Shown: positions 15,073-25,717, counted from the first letter of the stretch. The stretch: DNA of 39,015 bases from Candidatus Aenigmatarchaeota archaeon (GCA_018304565.1 JAGVVX010000007.1:1-39015); one strand, 5' to 3'. A program made the numbers and translations. The notes: generated by a model not told the origin, from the letters alone.

Positions 15073-16164
15073 CTAGTCCAGGAAATCCTTTTTCTTGAGC
15101 TTGTCAGGCAGGTACTCTTCTGACATGAACTTGAGGCCTCTGTGTGATAACGCCTCTATTTCGGCTTTTATTCCTTTTTCAACCATCAGATTGAGTTCTT
15201 TCTGCCACCTTGGATTTCTTTTGAACCATTCATATTCAAGCATTTCTTTTGCGCGCTTTATGTCAACATCTTTCGCTTTTATGGTAGCTTTCTTCAGATC
15301 ATACTCGAACACGTCACTTATTGTCAGGCCTATGAATTTAGCGCTTGGCGTGGATATCCTGTCAGAGACGTGAGCCAGAGAAATAGATCCGGATTTGATT
15401 ACGGAATAAATATAGACGCCGTACGCATCAGCGTCGCAAAACACGTAAACGGGCAGCTTGAATTCATCGTGCAATCTCTGTATCAGCAAACGTGTTCCGC
15501 GCGATGGCTGGCCTCCCGTTCCGATAAGTATACTTTTGTGCTTCTGCCAGAACTTGTCCTCGTGCAATCTCTCGAATCCGGCGTTCTTTTCTACTACAAG
15601 AACGAAATCAGCGTCCACTTTCTTTATGTCTATTTCCTCAACAGTGCTTGGTATTGACCATCCGCCGCTGCCCAGCTTTGACCAGTCTATGCTATCCCCG
15701 CGGTCTTGTATAACCACGTTTCCCGCAACAATTCCCTTCCTGTCAGTTGTGAGGTGCAGCTGTTCACGCAGAATATCCAGAGATACCTCGATATCGACTA
15801 TCAGCGGGTCGCTTTCGCTTTGCTCGTCAATAGTATTTTCATCGCTGTCGGGAAGCGTGCGCTTCAAATTGTAATACATGTCTCTTATGCTTGCGTGTAT
15901 GCTGTTGTCTAAAAGCGACTTGCAGAAGGAAGCTACCATCATAGTTTGCATGAATTTCTTCGCATGGGCCACATTAAAATAGTATCTTTTTGATGTCTTG
16001 TTGCCAAGTGTAAGCTGGTTGGCCTTCTTGTCGAATACAACATTCGATAAAGCTCTTATTGGAATTTCTATATTTGGATTCTCGCTTCTTTCTATGTCAT
16101 TGACTATTTTGTCACCTAATGCAATAAGTTTTTTCCTTGTCTCTTTTGAAGTTTGATCAGCCAT
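15073..16164 (-). CDS. top6A: DNA topoisomerase VI subunit A (Spo11-like)
   Basis: Catalytic Tyr region IRDMYY. Toprim glutamate (VVEKNAGF) and DxD (FCDADAYG). 363 aa. Confidence 0.9.
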   Translation of the reverse strand: MADQTSKETRKKLIALGDKIVNDIERSENPNIEIPIRALSNVVFDKKANQLTLGNKTSKRYYFNVAHAKKFMQTMMVASFCKSLLDNSIHASIRDMYYNLKRTLPDSDENTIDEQSESDPLIVDIEVSLDILREQLHLTTDRKGIVAGNVVIQDRGDSIDWSKLGSGGWSIPSTVEEIDIKKVDADFVLVVEKNAGFERLHEDKFWQKHKSILIGTGGQPSRGTRLLIQRLHDEFKLPVYVFCDADAYGVYIYSVIKSGSISLAHVSDRISTPSAKFIGLTISDVFEYDLKKATIKAKDVDIKRAKEMLEYEWFKRNPRWQKELNLMVEKGIKAEIEALSHRGLKFMSEEYLPDKLKKKDFLD

Positions 16165-16230
16165 TTCTAACGCCTTTGTTAATTGTTAAGTATGAAAGTC
16201 TTTTCTGCGTTTCCTATTATCTAAAGTCTG

Positions 16231-17898
16231 TTACTCTTCTTCTATCTCTTTCTTTCCTGCCTTTCCTGTGGCTTTTGACTTAACCTCTTCTGTCTCGGGT
16301 TCTTTTTCAGATGTTTTCTGTTCCTGGATTTCCAGTTCCTTCATCTTATCCCTGTTCTTTACCATTCCAACTATTTTCTTTTCTATTCCACTCGGTTCCT
16401 TTCCCGTTAGTATATGCAGGGCATTTGCAACCTCCCCGGCATAACGCTCAAAGATTTGTATCCTTCGCTGCGCCTCGCCTGCGCGCCTTTTTCCGGACAA
16501 AAACGAGGAGAGTTTTCTTCCAGCTTCCTGCAAGGTTAATTGTATTTCCTTTACTATTTCAATGTAGGGTGCTATAGCTTCCTTACTCTCCGACACAAAT
16601 GGTACCCAAACAGAAGACATGTGAATTACCAGTATCATAGGCCCTGTAGGCAGTGAGTTCTTCGGTTGTTGCAAGTTGTATCTTTTCCAGTCAGTTTCCT
16701 TGACTGCTTCTATCGTTGCACAGGCCCCGGCTTGGTAAAGAAGAGGCACCCTGTTTGCGATCCTTATAATTTCTATTTGGTCATCAGTGTTGCCCAGATT
16801 GCCGTAAAGTATGCCGACTTCTATCTGGAAGGGCATTCCTCTGTATACCTCTGGTTCTCTGCTGACAATGGCTACAAACTCCGCCTGAGGATATTCTTTC
16901 TTCAGGCTTTTCTCAAGTTCGCCGTTGCCTATTGGAGACAGGCAGTCAAGCGGTGGTCTTTGTATCTTAACCTTCTGCATTGCTCCAAGCAGTTTCTCTA
17001 TGGAAGCCCTGTCCAGTGAAGGCGGTTTTGCATCAGCATCGAGCTTTGCTGTTTTGCATATTTCCTTTGATGTCTGCGCGCCTACAGACGAGAATTCATT
17101 TACAAGGAAAGACTGGAGTGTCTTTGAATTTGTTTTTGACAAGAATCTTTGCAAAACACCGAATTCCATACCGTAAGGATGCATCTTCATCTCTCTTGGC
17201 GGCTTAGGCAGGTGGTCGAAGCTTCTTGGAAAGGTTGTCTTGTTCCCTTCCGGCGACTGGTAAACAATCTTTGCAAAAGGATTCGCGATGCTTGTTTGTT
17301 TTAGATAATCATCAACGCTCTGGGTTTTCCTGTAACGACCGACAACATCTATCTCTATCTTCACGCCTCTTTCCAAGCCATCTTCCAGCGTCTGTTCTTT
17401 TACAATTTCCGGTTCATTCTTTTCGGTGTTTATAAACAGTTCGTAGTATTGTACCTTTTTCTTTTCATCCGTCCTGGACCAGACTTTTGTCGGAGAGCCT
17501 GTAGTCAACTGTGAATACAAGACCACTGCGGAAATGCCAATGCCTTGCTGACCACGACTCTGACGAAGTCGGTGGAATTTGCTGCCGTACAAAAGCTTCC
17601 CAAAAATTTTTGGGATCTGCTCTTTTACTATGCCTGGTCCGTTATCCTGCACTGTAACTCGGAACTTGTCTTCTCCTGTTTGCTTCAATTTTACAGTTAT
17701 ATCAGGAAGTATTCCTGCCTCCTCACATGCGTCCAGGCTGTTATCGCACGCTTCTTTGACCGTCATAAGCAGAGCCTTTGTTGGATTATCAAAACCAAGC
17801 AAATGCTTGTTCTTTTCAAAGAATTCGCTTATGGAGATTTCTTTCTGCTCCTTTGCGAAATCCTCCGCGGTTTTTTTAATCGATTTTATCTCTGGCAT
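16231..17898 (-). CDS. top6B: DNA topoisomerase VI subunit B (GHKL ATPase)
   Basis: Bergerat fold N-box EACDNSLDA, G1 box DNGPGI, G2-like GQQGIG, transducer domain. Directly upstream of top6A. Confidence 0.9.
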   Translation of the reverse strand: MPEIKSIKKTAEDFAKEQKEISISEFFEKNKHLLGFDNPTKALLMTVKEACDNSLDACEEAGILPDITVKLKQTGEDKFRVTVQDNGPGIVKEQIPKIFGKLLYGSKFHRLRQSRGQQGIGISAVVLYSQLTTGSPTKVWSRTDEKKKVQYYELFINTEKNEPEIVKEQTLEDGLERGVKIEIDVVGRYRKTQSVDDYLKQTSIANPFAKIVYQSPEGNKTTFPRSFDHLPKPPREMKMHPYGMEFGVLQRFLSKTNSKTLQSFLVNEFSSVGAQTSKEICKTAKLDADAKPPSLDRASIEKLLGAMQKVKIQRPPLDCLSPIGNGELEKSLKKEYPQAEFVAIVSREPEVYRGMPFQIEVGILYGNLGNTDDQIEIIRIANRVPLLYQAGACATIEAVKETDWKRYNLQQPKNSLPTGPMILVIHMSSVWVPFVSESKEAIAPYIEIVKEIQLTLQEAGRKLSSFLSGKRRAGEAQRRIQIFERYAGEVANALHILTGKEPSGIEKKIVGMVKNRDKMKELEIQEQKTSEKEPETEEVKSKATGKAGKKEIEEE

Positions 17899-18382
17899 TC
17901 AAGTCCTCCAGATATTTGTAGACAGTAGCATGCCTGTCGCCTCTCATAAGCCTTTCTATTGCTCCCATTGCGTATCCTGCATTCTCATAAGTTCCTATTA
18001 TTGATACTGTTTTTCCCTGTACAGCTATTCCACTTCTTGTTAGCCTTTCTATATTCTTCTTCGCTTGGCCGTTCTTTCCAATTAATCTTGCTCTTATCCT
18101 GATTAAAGATTTTCTTTCTTTTGGCAGCTGGATTATGTATAATGTCCTGTCTTCTTCTAGAAGTTGCATTGCTTGCTTTGGCGTGAAGCCCCTTGAAATG
18201 GCTTTTACTATGTTTTCAGCTTCAAGTATTCCGACACCCTCGCCTTTTATCGTTATATCTTCGTCGACTTCTATTTGAGTTTGTGTCTTTGTTTCAATTT
18301 CTTTTTTTACCAGGCCTGATTTTCCTATGATTATTGGTAATCTGTCTTTTGGTACAGCAACTCTCTTTATCATAGCCAACAC
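17876..18382 (-). CDS. KH-domain RNA-binding protein (archaeal Dim2/Pno1-like)
   Basis: Two KH GXXG loops (IIGKSG, LIGKNG). 168 aa. Conserved neighbourhood with aIF-1A. Confidence 0.75.
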   Translation of the reverse strand: MLAMIKRVAVPKDRLPIIIGKSGLVKKEIETKTQTQIEVDEDITIKGEGVGILEAENIVKAISRGFTPKQAMQLLEEDRTLYIIQLPKERKSLIRIRARLIGKNGQAKKNIERLTRSGIAVQGKTVSIIGTYENAGYAMGAIERLMRGDRHATVYKYLEDLNARDKID

Positions 18383-18392
18383 CGGAACAGGA

Positions 18393-18689
18393 TTAGTCTA
18401 TGCTAAGTATTCTCTTCCTCCTGAGCCAGGAAGCTTCTGTTGGGTTGTATTTCCACACAACGTCGCCTTTAATATCGCCTTGAATACTCCAGGGTTTGAC
18501 AATCACTATGTCACCTTCTCGCATCCATATCCTTTTTCTCAGTTTTCCGGGAATCCTGCATGTTCTGATCTTGTCGTCTTGGCAGCGTACACGCAACTTA
18601 TTCGACCCAAGCATAGAGTCGATTACCCCCAGCATCTCGCCGCCGCGCGGCATCCTTACCCGAATCTCTTCGCCTTCCATGTCTCTCAC
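18393..18689 (-). CDS. eif1a: Translation initiation factor aIF-1A
   Basis: 98 aa S1-like OB fold pattern (GEMLGVIDSMLGSNKLRVRCQDDKIRTCRIPGKLRKRIWMREGDIVIV). Confidence 0.85.
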   Translation of the reverse strand: MRDMEGEEIRVRMPRGGEMLGVIDSMLGSNKLRVRCQDDKIRTCRIPGKLRKRIWMREGDIVIVKPWSIQGDIKGDVVWKYNPTEASWLRRKRILSID

Positions 18690-19354
18690 CTTATTGCATA
18701 GAAATCCCTGAAAATCATTCTGCCTTTCTTTGTTGTCACATGCTTATAAGACTTCTTTATTGTGCAGCCTTCCAGCACCCTTACGGTTTTCCTTGCAACG
18801 CCTTTTGTCAGTATTTTTATATCATAGCCGTTCTTAATCTTCTGTGCGCTTACAACATCTTTACTTTCGATGTTGTCTTGTATTTCATCGAGTATTCTAT
18901 CCGCATTATCGCCTCTTATCTGAAGAAGCGCTTCGTGATAGCCGCCTGAAATCTTTATGCAGTCTTCACAAAGTTTCCTCTTAATCAAGACAGCGAATAT
19001 CTTCTCCTCTTTTTTTAGCAATCCAGTTATTTTACCTGTAGCCGTTACCTTAACTATCGCAGCGTTTCCTTTTAATTTAACTGACGTATATGTCTTTATT
19101 TTCTCGCCGGTTATGTTTTTGACAACCGTTTCTATTACGTCTTCCAAATTCTTTGCCCATTTTCCGTAATAAGCAGAACCGCAGTTCCTGCAAACAACAA
19201 CGGAAAAGTTCTTCACATCAAAAAGATTCTGTGATTCAATGAAATGATTTTTGCAGAGGTTTTGTTTCCAAGCAGCTTCTCCGCATTTCATGCATATCTG
19301 GTTTTTCATTTTACCCACGTTAGCTTCAGAACTGTTATGTTTATTTAAAATCAT
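18686..19354 (-). CDS. NMD3-family protein (archaeal 60S-export-factor homolog)
   Basis: N-terminal Cys clusters (CMKCG..C, CRNCG), CEDC, and SGGYHEALLQIRG signature. 222 aa. Confidence 0.7.
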   Translation of the reverse strand: MILNKHNSSEANVGKMKNQICMKCGEAAWKQNLCKNHFIESQNLFDVKNFSVVVCRNCGSAYYGKWAKNLEDVIETVVKNITGEKIKTYTSVKLKGNAAIVKVTATGKITGLLKKEEKIFAVLIKRKLCEDCIKISGGYHEALLQIRGDNADRILDEIQDNIESKDVVSAQKIKNGYDIKILTKGVARKTVRVLEGCTIKKSYKHVTTKKGRMIFRDFYAIR

Positions 19355-19369
19355 CCTGAAACAAAGAAG

Positions 19370-20410
19370 CTAGGAGAAAGGCCTCCATACAACCAGCTTG
19401 ATTTCGAAAGGTTCCACGCCGTCAATCTGGCCTATATGTGTCGCTTCGAGAAATCTTTGTGCTGGCCTTTTTGTGAAAGGATCCATCTTGTAATTTTCTC
19501 CGGAAGCCCACATGATAGTCGCTTTTGTCAAGTTTTTCAGCTGTTGCGCTGCATCATTGTTAAGCGTGTAGCCATAGTTAGCGAACCAAATGGTCCTCCC
19601 TTTTCCGTTTTTTGATACATAATCGTTCGCCTTGACAAGGGAGACCTGGCTAGAGAATATGACAGTCTTGTTGTCAATCTCTATCCTGTTGATGCTGCTG
19701 TCGCCAAGGCCGCTGAATGTGCCTGTATCTGCCCGCCCCGATATGTTTTCATAGTATCTGGAAACCTTGTGTGATATTTTTGTTGTGCCGCCGGGCACAA
19801 AGAAGCTGGCGGAACCTCCTGAACTAATAACAGCATTCCATTTCAATCCGAACGTTGTATTCAGTATCCCATCTTGTGTCTGAGAACTTGTAAGATCTGT
19901 GAACATGAAAATCGTGCCTCCGCTTTCAAGGAACTGCGTCAAAATACTTTTATAAGGAGTCAGGTTCAAGTAGCCGAAAATAAAAAGCACGCGCGTCCTT
20001 GGATCTACTGTGTTCATCGTCATGTTAGATACCCTAATGCTGATTTGTCTCTCCTTGTACTGAAAATTCAGCGGCCATAACAGGTTTTCCAGGTCATCTA
20101 TCTCCGTGCTTGTGCAAACGCACCCAACAAGTATTACAGGGTTTGGTATTCCGCTTACCTCTACTGAGAAATCGGCCGCCTTTGGAAGAAGCCTAATGAG
20201 TTCGGAGTTTAATGCAGCAACATCGTTATTTTTCACGTACGTTTCAAGTCTTGTGGTCTTCTGCAGCACAGCCAGAGTATCAAGTGCGTTTGTTTGCAAA
20301 GCGATGTTCCCCCACTCGGATTCAGAAGGCTGTACTAGGAAAAATGGCAGCACAGCTATGAGTATAAGTGATGATATTATTGCCTCAAGTATGCGTATGA
20401 AGCCCTTCAT
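19370..20410 (-). CDS. Large pilin-like/pilus-associated protein (346 aa) with class III signal-peptide-like N-terminus
   Basis: MKG|FIRILEAIISSLILIAVLPFF resembles a prepilin leader plus hydrophobic helix. Last gene of the pilus-like operon, with a 4-nt overlap onto the preceding gene. Confidence 0.6.
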   Translation of the reverse strand: MKGFIRILEAIISSLILIAVLPFFLVQPSESEWGNIALQTNALDTLAVLQKTTRLETYVKNNDVAALNSELIRLLPKAADFSVEVSGIPNPVILVGCVCTSTEIDDLENLLWPLNFQYKERQISIRVSNMTMNTVDPRTRVLFIFGYLNLTPYKSILTQFLESGGTIFMFTDLTSSQTQDGILNTTFGLKWNAVISSGGSASFFVPGGTTKISHKVSRYYENISGRADTGTFSGLGDSSINRIEIDNKTVIFSSQVSLVKANDYVSKNGKGRTIWFANYGYTLNNDAAQQLKNLTKATIMWASGENYKMDPFTKRPAQRFLEATHIGQIDGVEPFEIKLVVWRPFS

Positions 20411-20889
20411 TCTCTCACCGAAACCTCTATCTCAATTATATCTCTAGTCGTGTCCAGCACAGCCAGTCTCCTTATTGAAAATTGCGGGTTGTTAACGTTT
20501 CCGCAGTTTAACATGTTTCTTCCTGATGAGTCAGTGATGTTAACCTTGAATAGGAGCCTTTTGTTGCCAAAATACATATCAAGAAGCTTGCTGTAATTCG
20601 CGGCACACGTGGCATTGAAGTTGGCTATTTTTGCAGAGCTTGCTAGATATTTTTCGCCGCTTGAAACGCCTGCGCGGTTAACACTGATCGTATCCCAATT
20701 TTTAGGATCACCTTCATCAAAAAGAATTACTTGTGAAAGCTGATAGCCAACAGAACGCAAGCTGTTTAGCGACGCGTCTCTGTGAAGAGGTGCAAGGCTT
20801 CCTGCCAACGTTAAAAGAATAAAACTGATAGTAACCAAAAAAACAAAGACAGATATCATGAATTCTATGTTTACAATTCCCTTCTTCAT
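20407..20889 (-). CDS. Pilin-like protein (~160 aa)
   Basis: Start moved to MKKG|IVNIEFMISVFVFLV (Glu at +5 after Gly, GGTG SD-like sequence upstream). Single N-terminal helix. Confidence 0.55.
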   Translation of the reverse strand: MKKGIVNIEFMISVFVFLVTISFILLTLAGSLAPLHRDASLNSLRSVGYQLSQVILFDEGDPKNWDTISVNRAGVSSGEKYLASSAKIANFNATCAANYSKLLDMYFGNKRLLFKVNITDSSGRNMLNCGNVNNPQFSIRRLAVLDTTRDIIEIEVSVRE

Positions 20890-20914
20890 TATTAGCACCA
20901 TCCAAAGAAAACAT

Positions 20915-21859
20915 TCACGCAAGTCCTGTTTTAACAACCAGGATGTAAACAAAGAACCCGGTCAATGTCATTATCAAGCTATGTTTTACTCCTGCAGTCA
21001 CAGAATCCGAGCTTATCTGGCCTGCAATGAGCCCTGAAAAGAACCCCTGTACAAGTATCATTATGAAAAACAGTGAGCGATAGTATGATTCTGGCTTCCC
21101 CGCTTCTCCAAAATCAAAAGCAACGGCTGTTCCTTGAAAAATAGTGCATCCTATGCAACCAGGTTCTGGATTGCCCTTGCACAAATCACATGGGTTTGGA
21201 TTGAATTCTTGGATTGCTGATAAAGAATCTCCGCCACCGCCTATGTTCGTCTGCAGTATTGGTATTAGAAACTTGAGCAATGCTATGCTTATCCCAAGAA
21301 AGATGAAGAATATTGCATACATCATTATAACTTGCTGATTAAGCAGCACAGCCTTTTCTTCCTGGACGTCCTTTATGGTTTCGATGTTTGTTGCAAGTGA
21401 ATCCATGGTGTCGTCAATGTCGCCACCGGACTTGTTGGACTGTTCTATTATCATCAATGCCCTGACTATAATCCTGCTTTTTTCCATTCTCTTCGAGAAG
21501 TCTCTGAGAACAATTTCAAGCGGCACGTTCCAGCTTAACTGGTTCATCATTTTCTTTATCTCGCCGGTTAATGGGCCATAATCGTTCTTTGAAACAGCCT
21601 GAAGAGCCTGGAGAATTGTCAGTCCTGCCCTCTGCGATTCCGCAAGATCTCTCAGGAAGTTGGGCAGCTGGTCCTCATACTGCTTGATTTTCTTGAATTC
21701 AAAGAACTTGTAAAGACTGTAGGGCAAAATAAGCGCAAGCACCCCTATGAAGACGAGGTTTGTAGTCAGGAAGACTTCTTTTGAGAAAAGCAAGGCAAAA
21801 ATAACGATAGCTACGAATAAGATGGCGGAGACCAACAGTATGAATTTTTCTTTTTTCAT
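20915..21859 (-). CDS. Type II/IV secretion system F-domain membrane protein (TadB/TadC/FlaJ-like), copy 2
   Basis: 314 aa, polytopic with a cytoplasmic helical T2SSF-like domain. Contains a Cys-rich loop (PCDLCKGNPEPGCIGC). Confidence 0.7.
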   Translation of the reverse strand: MKKEKFILLVSAILFVAIVIFALLFSKEVFLTTNLVFIGVLALILPYSLYKFFEFKKIKQYEDQLPNFLRDLAESQRAGLTILQALQAVSKNDYGPLTGEIKKMMNQLSWNVPLEIVLRDFSKRMEKSRIIVRALMIIEQSNKSGGDIDDTMDSLATNIETIKDVQEEKAVLLNQQVIMMYAIFFIFLGISIALLKFLIPILQTNIGGGGDSLSAIQEFNPNPCDLCKGNPEPGCIGCTIFQGTAVAFDFGEAGKPESYYRSLFFIMILVQGFFSGLIAGQISSDSVTAGVKHSLIMTLTGFFVYILVVKTGLA

Positions 21860-21910
21860 CCGAGCACTCTATAAATTATTTATTTTCTGGCTAAAAAGCC
21901 AGCAAATCCA

Positions 21911-22774
21911 TTATTCCAGCGGCGAGATAGATTTAACAAGAACTATGAATCCCAAAGAAATAAGGGGCAGCAAAATGAAAACTACAAACGTCTGAATTAT
22001 TATTGTAGTTATGTCCCCTGAAATAGATGATACTACTGATGACAAGACGATGAAGAATATTGCACCGCTTATGACCAGAGTAAGATACATTTCAACAAAC
22101 AACGATAGATCCTGGCTGTATTTTCTTATCTTTCTTTTGTAGTCATTCATGTATTCGTTGCTTTTTTGGCTGAGATAGCTTGTTAAGTCGCCCCCTGAAC
22201 TCGAGACGGTGTTTATCCCCCATATGAGTTCTCTCAGCTCGGCGGAAGGCGTCCGTTTGGCCTGCCTTTTAAGTGCGGTAGAGAAATTCATCCCAAAAGC
22301 CTCGACGTCCTGCACTACGTTATTGGCTTCTTCTGAAACAGTTCCGTATTCCTTGAACTGCGAAAGCGTCTTGAACATAGTTATTGGCGGCAGTTTGGAG
22401 CTTGACATGGCAGCCAGATAGGCAACTGCAAATGGAAGCAGTTTTTTAATTTTGTTCCCCCTTGTTTTTGCTTTAGTTATGGGATATGAATAAAACAGGA
22501 AAAACAGCAGCCCGGAAACTGTGGCTGCTAAGGTGAAAGAAAGCAGCATGTTTACTATGATGGAAAAATTCAGGAGACCGAATATGAAACCGAAAAGCGC
22601 GGCTTCTATGAGCAGTGTGGCGGCGGTTGTAAAAACAGCAACAGAAAGGTACTCTTCAAGCGTATATGGTATGTTTGCCATTTGCAAGTCGTCTTGTATG
22701 TCAAGAAAATAGCCTTTCAAGTATCTGCTCAGCCCGCCAAAAAATTTGTGCGAAACAGATACATAACTCACCAT
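21911..22774 (-). CDS. Type II/IV secretion system F-domain membrane protein (TadB/TadC/FlaJ-like), copy 1
   Basis: Start moved to MVSYVS..., which overlaps the ATPase stop by 7 nt. The track start would overlap the ATPase by 109 nt. Polytopic T2SSF-like architecture. Confidence 0.7.
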   Translation of the reverse strand: MVSYVSVSHKFFGGLSRYLKGYFLDIQDDLQMANIPYTLEEYLSVAVFTTAATLLIEAALFGFIFGLLNFSIIVNMLLSFTLAATVSGLLFFLFYSYPITKAKTRGNKIKKLLPFAVAYLAAMSSSKLPPITMFKTLSQFKEYGTVSEEANNVVQDVEAFGMNFSTALKRQAKRTPSAELRELIWGINTVSSSGGDLTSYLSQKSNEYMNDYKRKIRKYSQDLSLFVEMYLTLVISGAIFFIVLSSVVSSISGDITTIIIQTFVVFILLPLISLGFIVLVKSISPLE

Positions 22775-24666
22775 AAATTTCCAATCCTCTGTAAAAGAAA
22801 CTCTGGGGCTGTGTAAAAAATATTGAATATATAGCCTGTTTTCTTGTAGTCGGTTATATCTTTGTCTACCATCCACTTAAGAATTTTCACCCTTTTCCTG
22901 ATTTCCTCTTGTATATAATCTTCTGACATGTTAGTGCTATCAGACAGCTTTTTCAGGATTACGCTGTTTTCCTTTACAACATAAACATCTGCCTTGGGAT
23001 CCCACACAAAAACTTCGTTTGTTATGGGTAGTTTTGTATTACTGTCGTAACCTATAACTTCTGTTACACTTGCTATCCTTCTTTTGTAGCGCCTTTCCTG
23101 GCGTATTCGCTTGATAAATATGACGACGTCCAGATTCTGCATAAGGTTTGCGGGCAGGCTTATTGGAGGATTGGTGAGCCTGTCAACAAGCTTTTGGAAA
23201 TTCTCTGCGTGTAGCGTAGACATGCCAGGATGCCCTACGGCCATTTGTTGAAATAGCACATAGGCTTCTTTGCCTCGCACCTCGCCGACTATTATGTAAT
23301 CAGGCCTTTGCCTGAGTGATTCTCTCAAAAGTTCAAACATATCCACTTTCCCTGTTTCTGATATCACGGCGCGGGCAACCTCAGGTATCCAGTGCGAGTG
23401 TGGTAAGCGCAGTTCTGGCGTATCTTCGATGCTCACGATCTTCATTTGTGGTTTTATGAACATCGACAAGACGTTGAGCAAGGATGTTTTTCCGCTTGCG
23501 GTTCCGCCGCAAATCAGCACGCTAGCTGCATGTTCAATAAGGAACCAGAGAAAAGCAGTTATGCGCAGGTCAGCTGTCCCGAACTTTATAATGTCTACAG
23601 GTGTTAGCGGTTTTTCAGTAAACATTCTTATGGTGAAATTACTTCCACGCCTTGCTATGTCGCTTCCAAGTGTTGCTTGCACCCTGGAACCGTCGAGAAG
23701 AGATGCGTCAAGCAGCGGATGCGAAACCGATATGACTTTGTCGCATCTTTCTGCAAGCTTGTTCACGAACAAGTCAAGTTCATCCTTGTTGTCGAAAGTT
23801 ACGTTGGTTCTTAAGGACCCCAATCGTGGATCGCGGTGATATACATACAGAGGTATGTTTGCACCGTCGCATGATATGTCTTCAAGGCTCCTGTCGTTGA
23901 GTATGGGCTCTATCATCTCGAGCCCGATAAAATCCCTCAGAACGTAGTACTTTACCACCTCTCTATTTTCCCTGTTTAATACCTTGAAGAAGTTCATGCC
24001 CTTCTCGACTATTTCATCCAGACGCACGATAGCTTCTCTTTTCCTGACCTGAGCAAAATTCACGTCTATTTTTTGCTGGGCGTATTCCTTTACTTCAGCA
24101 ACAAGTTTCTTCAGATTAGCATCCAGGGGCGGTTCGATGACATTGTAAATAATTTCGTTGGTTGCACGGTCAAAAAAAATATGCGCATATGCAAAGACCC
24201 TTTCGCCTTCTTTGGGTTGTTTTGGTATAAGGGGATATTTTATGTTCAGAGCCCTTAGCTCTTCGAGCGTTGTTTCACCGCCACCTATGATATCCACGTG
24301 CTCAGAAATTTCCGGTACTTTTATGCCAACAGGTTTTTCTTCAGGTTCCGGGTTTTCAGTTCTCACAGTCATTGTGGCAGCAGTCGCCGCCGTTGCGAGT
24401 CCCTGATTTGCCGGCTGCATGCCGTAAACAGGCGTTAGGATGCCTGTTCTTATCCCTTCGCCTTGGACGGCAGCTCCTCCCTGAAAAATATTGGCGAATA
24501 TGTCTTGAGATTGAGGACTTGAGCCATAGGCTCTAAGTGTCTGGTAGTCCCTTTGAGCCGGTTTTATTTTTAATGTAAGGGTTCTCGTTCCGGTCCCCGT
24601 TTTTATTCTAAGCATTACCTTCTTAGTTTTCCCCGTATCCGTACTTTCTTTCTGTTTCAGCATCAT
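22768..24666 (-). CDS. Type IV pilus/archaellum-type assembly ATPase (FlaI/PilB/VirB11 family) with low-complexity N-terminal extension
   Basis: Walker A GGTASGKTS, Walker B-like IIVGEVRGKEA, His box region, YPL...Y.V.EP N-domain signature. The first ~110 aa are T/G/A/Q-rich. Confidence 0.9.
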   Translation of the reverse strand: MMLKQKESTDTGKTKKVMLRIKTGTGTRTLTLKIKPAQRDYQTLRAYGSSPQSQDIFANIFQGGAAVQGEGIRTGILTPVYGMQPANQGLATAATAATMTVRTENPEPEEKPVGIKVPEISEHVDIIGGGETTLEELRALNIKYPLIPKQPKEGERVFAYAHIFFDRATNEIIYNVIEPPLDANLKKLVAEVKEYAQQKIDVNFAQVRKREAIVRLDEIVEKGMNFFKVLNRENREVVKYYVLRDFIGLEMIEPILNDRSLEDISCDGANIPLYVYHRDPRLGSLRTNVTFDNKDELDLFVNKLAERCDKVISVSHPLLDASLLDGSRVQATLGSDIARRGSNFTIRMFTEKPLTPVDIIKFGTADLRITAFLWFLIEHAASVLICGGTASGKTSLLNVLSMFIKPQMKIVSIEDTPELRLPHSHWIPEVARAVISETGKVDMFELLRESLRQRPDYIIVGEVRGKEAYVLFQQMAVGHPGMSTLHAENFQKLVDRLTNPPISLPANLMQNLDVVIFIKRIRQERRYKRRIASVTEVIGYDSNTKLPITNEVFVWDPKADVYVVKENSVILKKLSDSTNMSEDYIQEEIRKRVKILKWMVDKDITDYKKTGYIFNIFYTAPEFLLQRIGNLW

Positions 24667-25109
24667 GATATTCTCAGCCTTCTAAGAACTATGTTTTTTC
24701 CGTTGGCTCTTATTTCAGCTATCCTGGCCGTGCTAACAACGTCCCCTTTGGCGCAAAATGCATTGTCGCTAATACAATTTTCTTGGGTTATATTAAAAAG
24801 TTTCTGGGTCACGTTTATTTCGCTGTTCAGCAGGTCAGAGACTACAATATAGTCGTTTTTCAGGGAAATTGAATACTGCCTCCCAGACATTTTCTCCGGC
24901 AACGGTATCCTGACAGATATGTTACCGCTTTCTACCGCTTTCGCCGCCGCGGCAGATACGGTATTCGCGATTGCCCTGAAATTGTCTTTAATGGCTATTT
25001 CAGTTGTTTTGTCCTGGGCTTTCTGAAAGCTAAATATCACGTAATTTGCAATAGCTATTCCAATAGCAAAAAGAAGAATCTCGCCTATGATTATGTTCTG
25101 GCCTTTCAT
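24663..25109 (-). CDS. Pilin-like protein (148 aa)
   Basis: MKG|QNIIIGEILLFAIGIAIANYVIF class III signal-peptide-like N-terminus. 4-nt overlaps with both neighbours. Confidence 0.6.
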   Translation of the reverse strand: MKGQNIIIGEILLFAIGIAIANYVIFSFQKAQDKTTEIAIKDNFRAIANTVSAAAAKAVESGNISVRIPLPEKMSGRQYSISLKNDYIVVSDLLNSEINVTQKLFNITQENCISDNAFCAKGDVVSTARIAEIRANGKNIVLRRLRIS

Positions 25110-25717
25110 ACTATATCTATTGAGACGACCGTGTTTATTAAATTTTCAGTCTGCTGCGTCCCAGTGTTTTCAAGATACAATGTGTGCCCTTGGCCGGAGG
25201 TCGCGTCGCTACCCGTCAAGACAATCTGGTAAGACACAACACCTTCTGTTCTGAGCAAGATGTAATTGAGCCTGTATGTAGTCACATAGCTGTTTGTACC
25301 TAGTTCCCTGCTTGTTAAGCAAAGAACTTCTGGTTCATTGACAGCCCAGGTGCCTTCTATCCTGCTGCATTCGTTCCTGCCAAGCGGTATTTCAGCTTCA
25401 GTTGCGTATATTGTTCCCTGGGTATCGACTATTAGTTGAACCCTTGGACCAGCAGGGTCGTTTGGCAAGAATTTTATTGTTCCGGGGATTGTGATAACCA
25501 GCTGGTCTCTGCCGCCGTTGTTGGCAATAAATTTGATTTTGCTGCTGAGCGTTTTCATGAATTCTTCCGAGCTTTCAAGGACAGACGCATCCTTGCTTTT
25601 TTGTATAAGCGGCATGCCCCAAAAGAGAATAGAACCCACAACGCCTATCAGAACGCCTGTTATGAGCAATGTGGTAATAACTTCATGCTGGCCTTTGAGT
25701 TTACTCATATATTTCAT
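25106..25717 (-). CDS. Pilin-like protein (203 aa)
   Basis: KLKG|QHEVITTLLITGVLIGVVGSILF N-terminus typical of archaeal type IV prepilins. Confidence 0.6.
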   Translation of the reverse strand: MKYMSKLKGQHEVITTLLITGVLIGVVGSILFWGMPLIQKSKDASVLESSEEFMKTLSSKIKFIANNGGRDQLVITIPGTIKFLPNDPAGPRVQLIVDTQGTIYATEAEIPLGRNECSRIEGTWAVNEPEVLCLTSRELGTNSYVTTYRLNYILLRTEGVVSYQIVLTGSDATSGQGHTLYLENTGTQQTENLINTVVSIDIV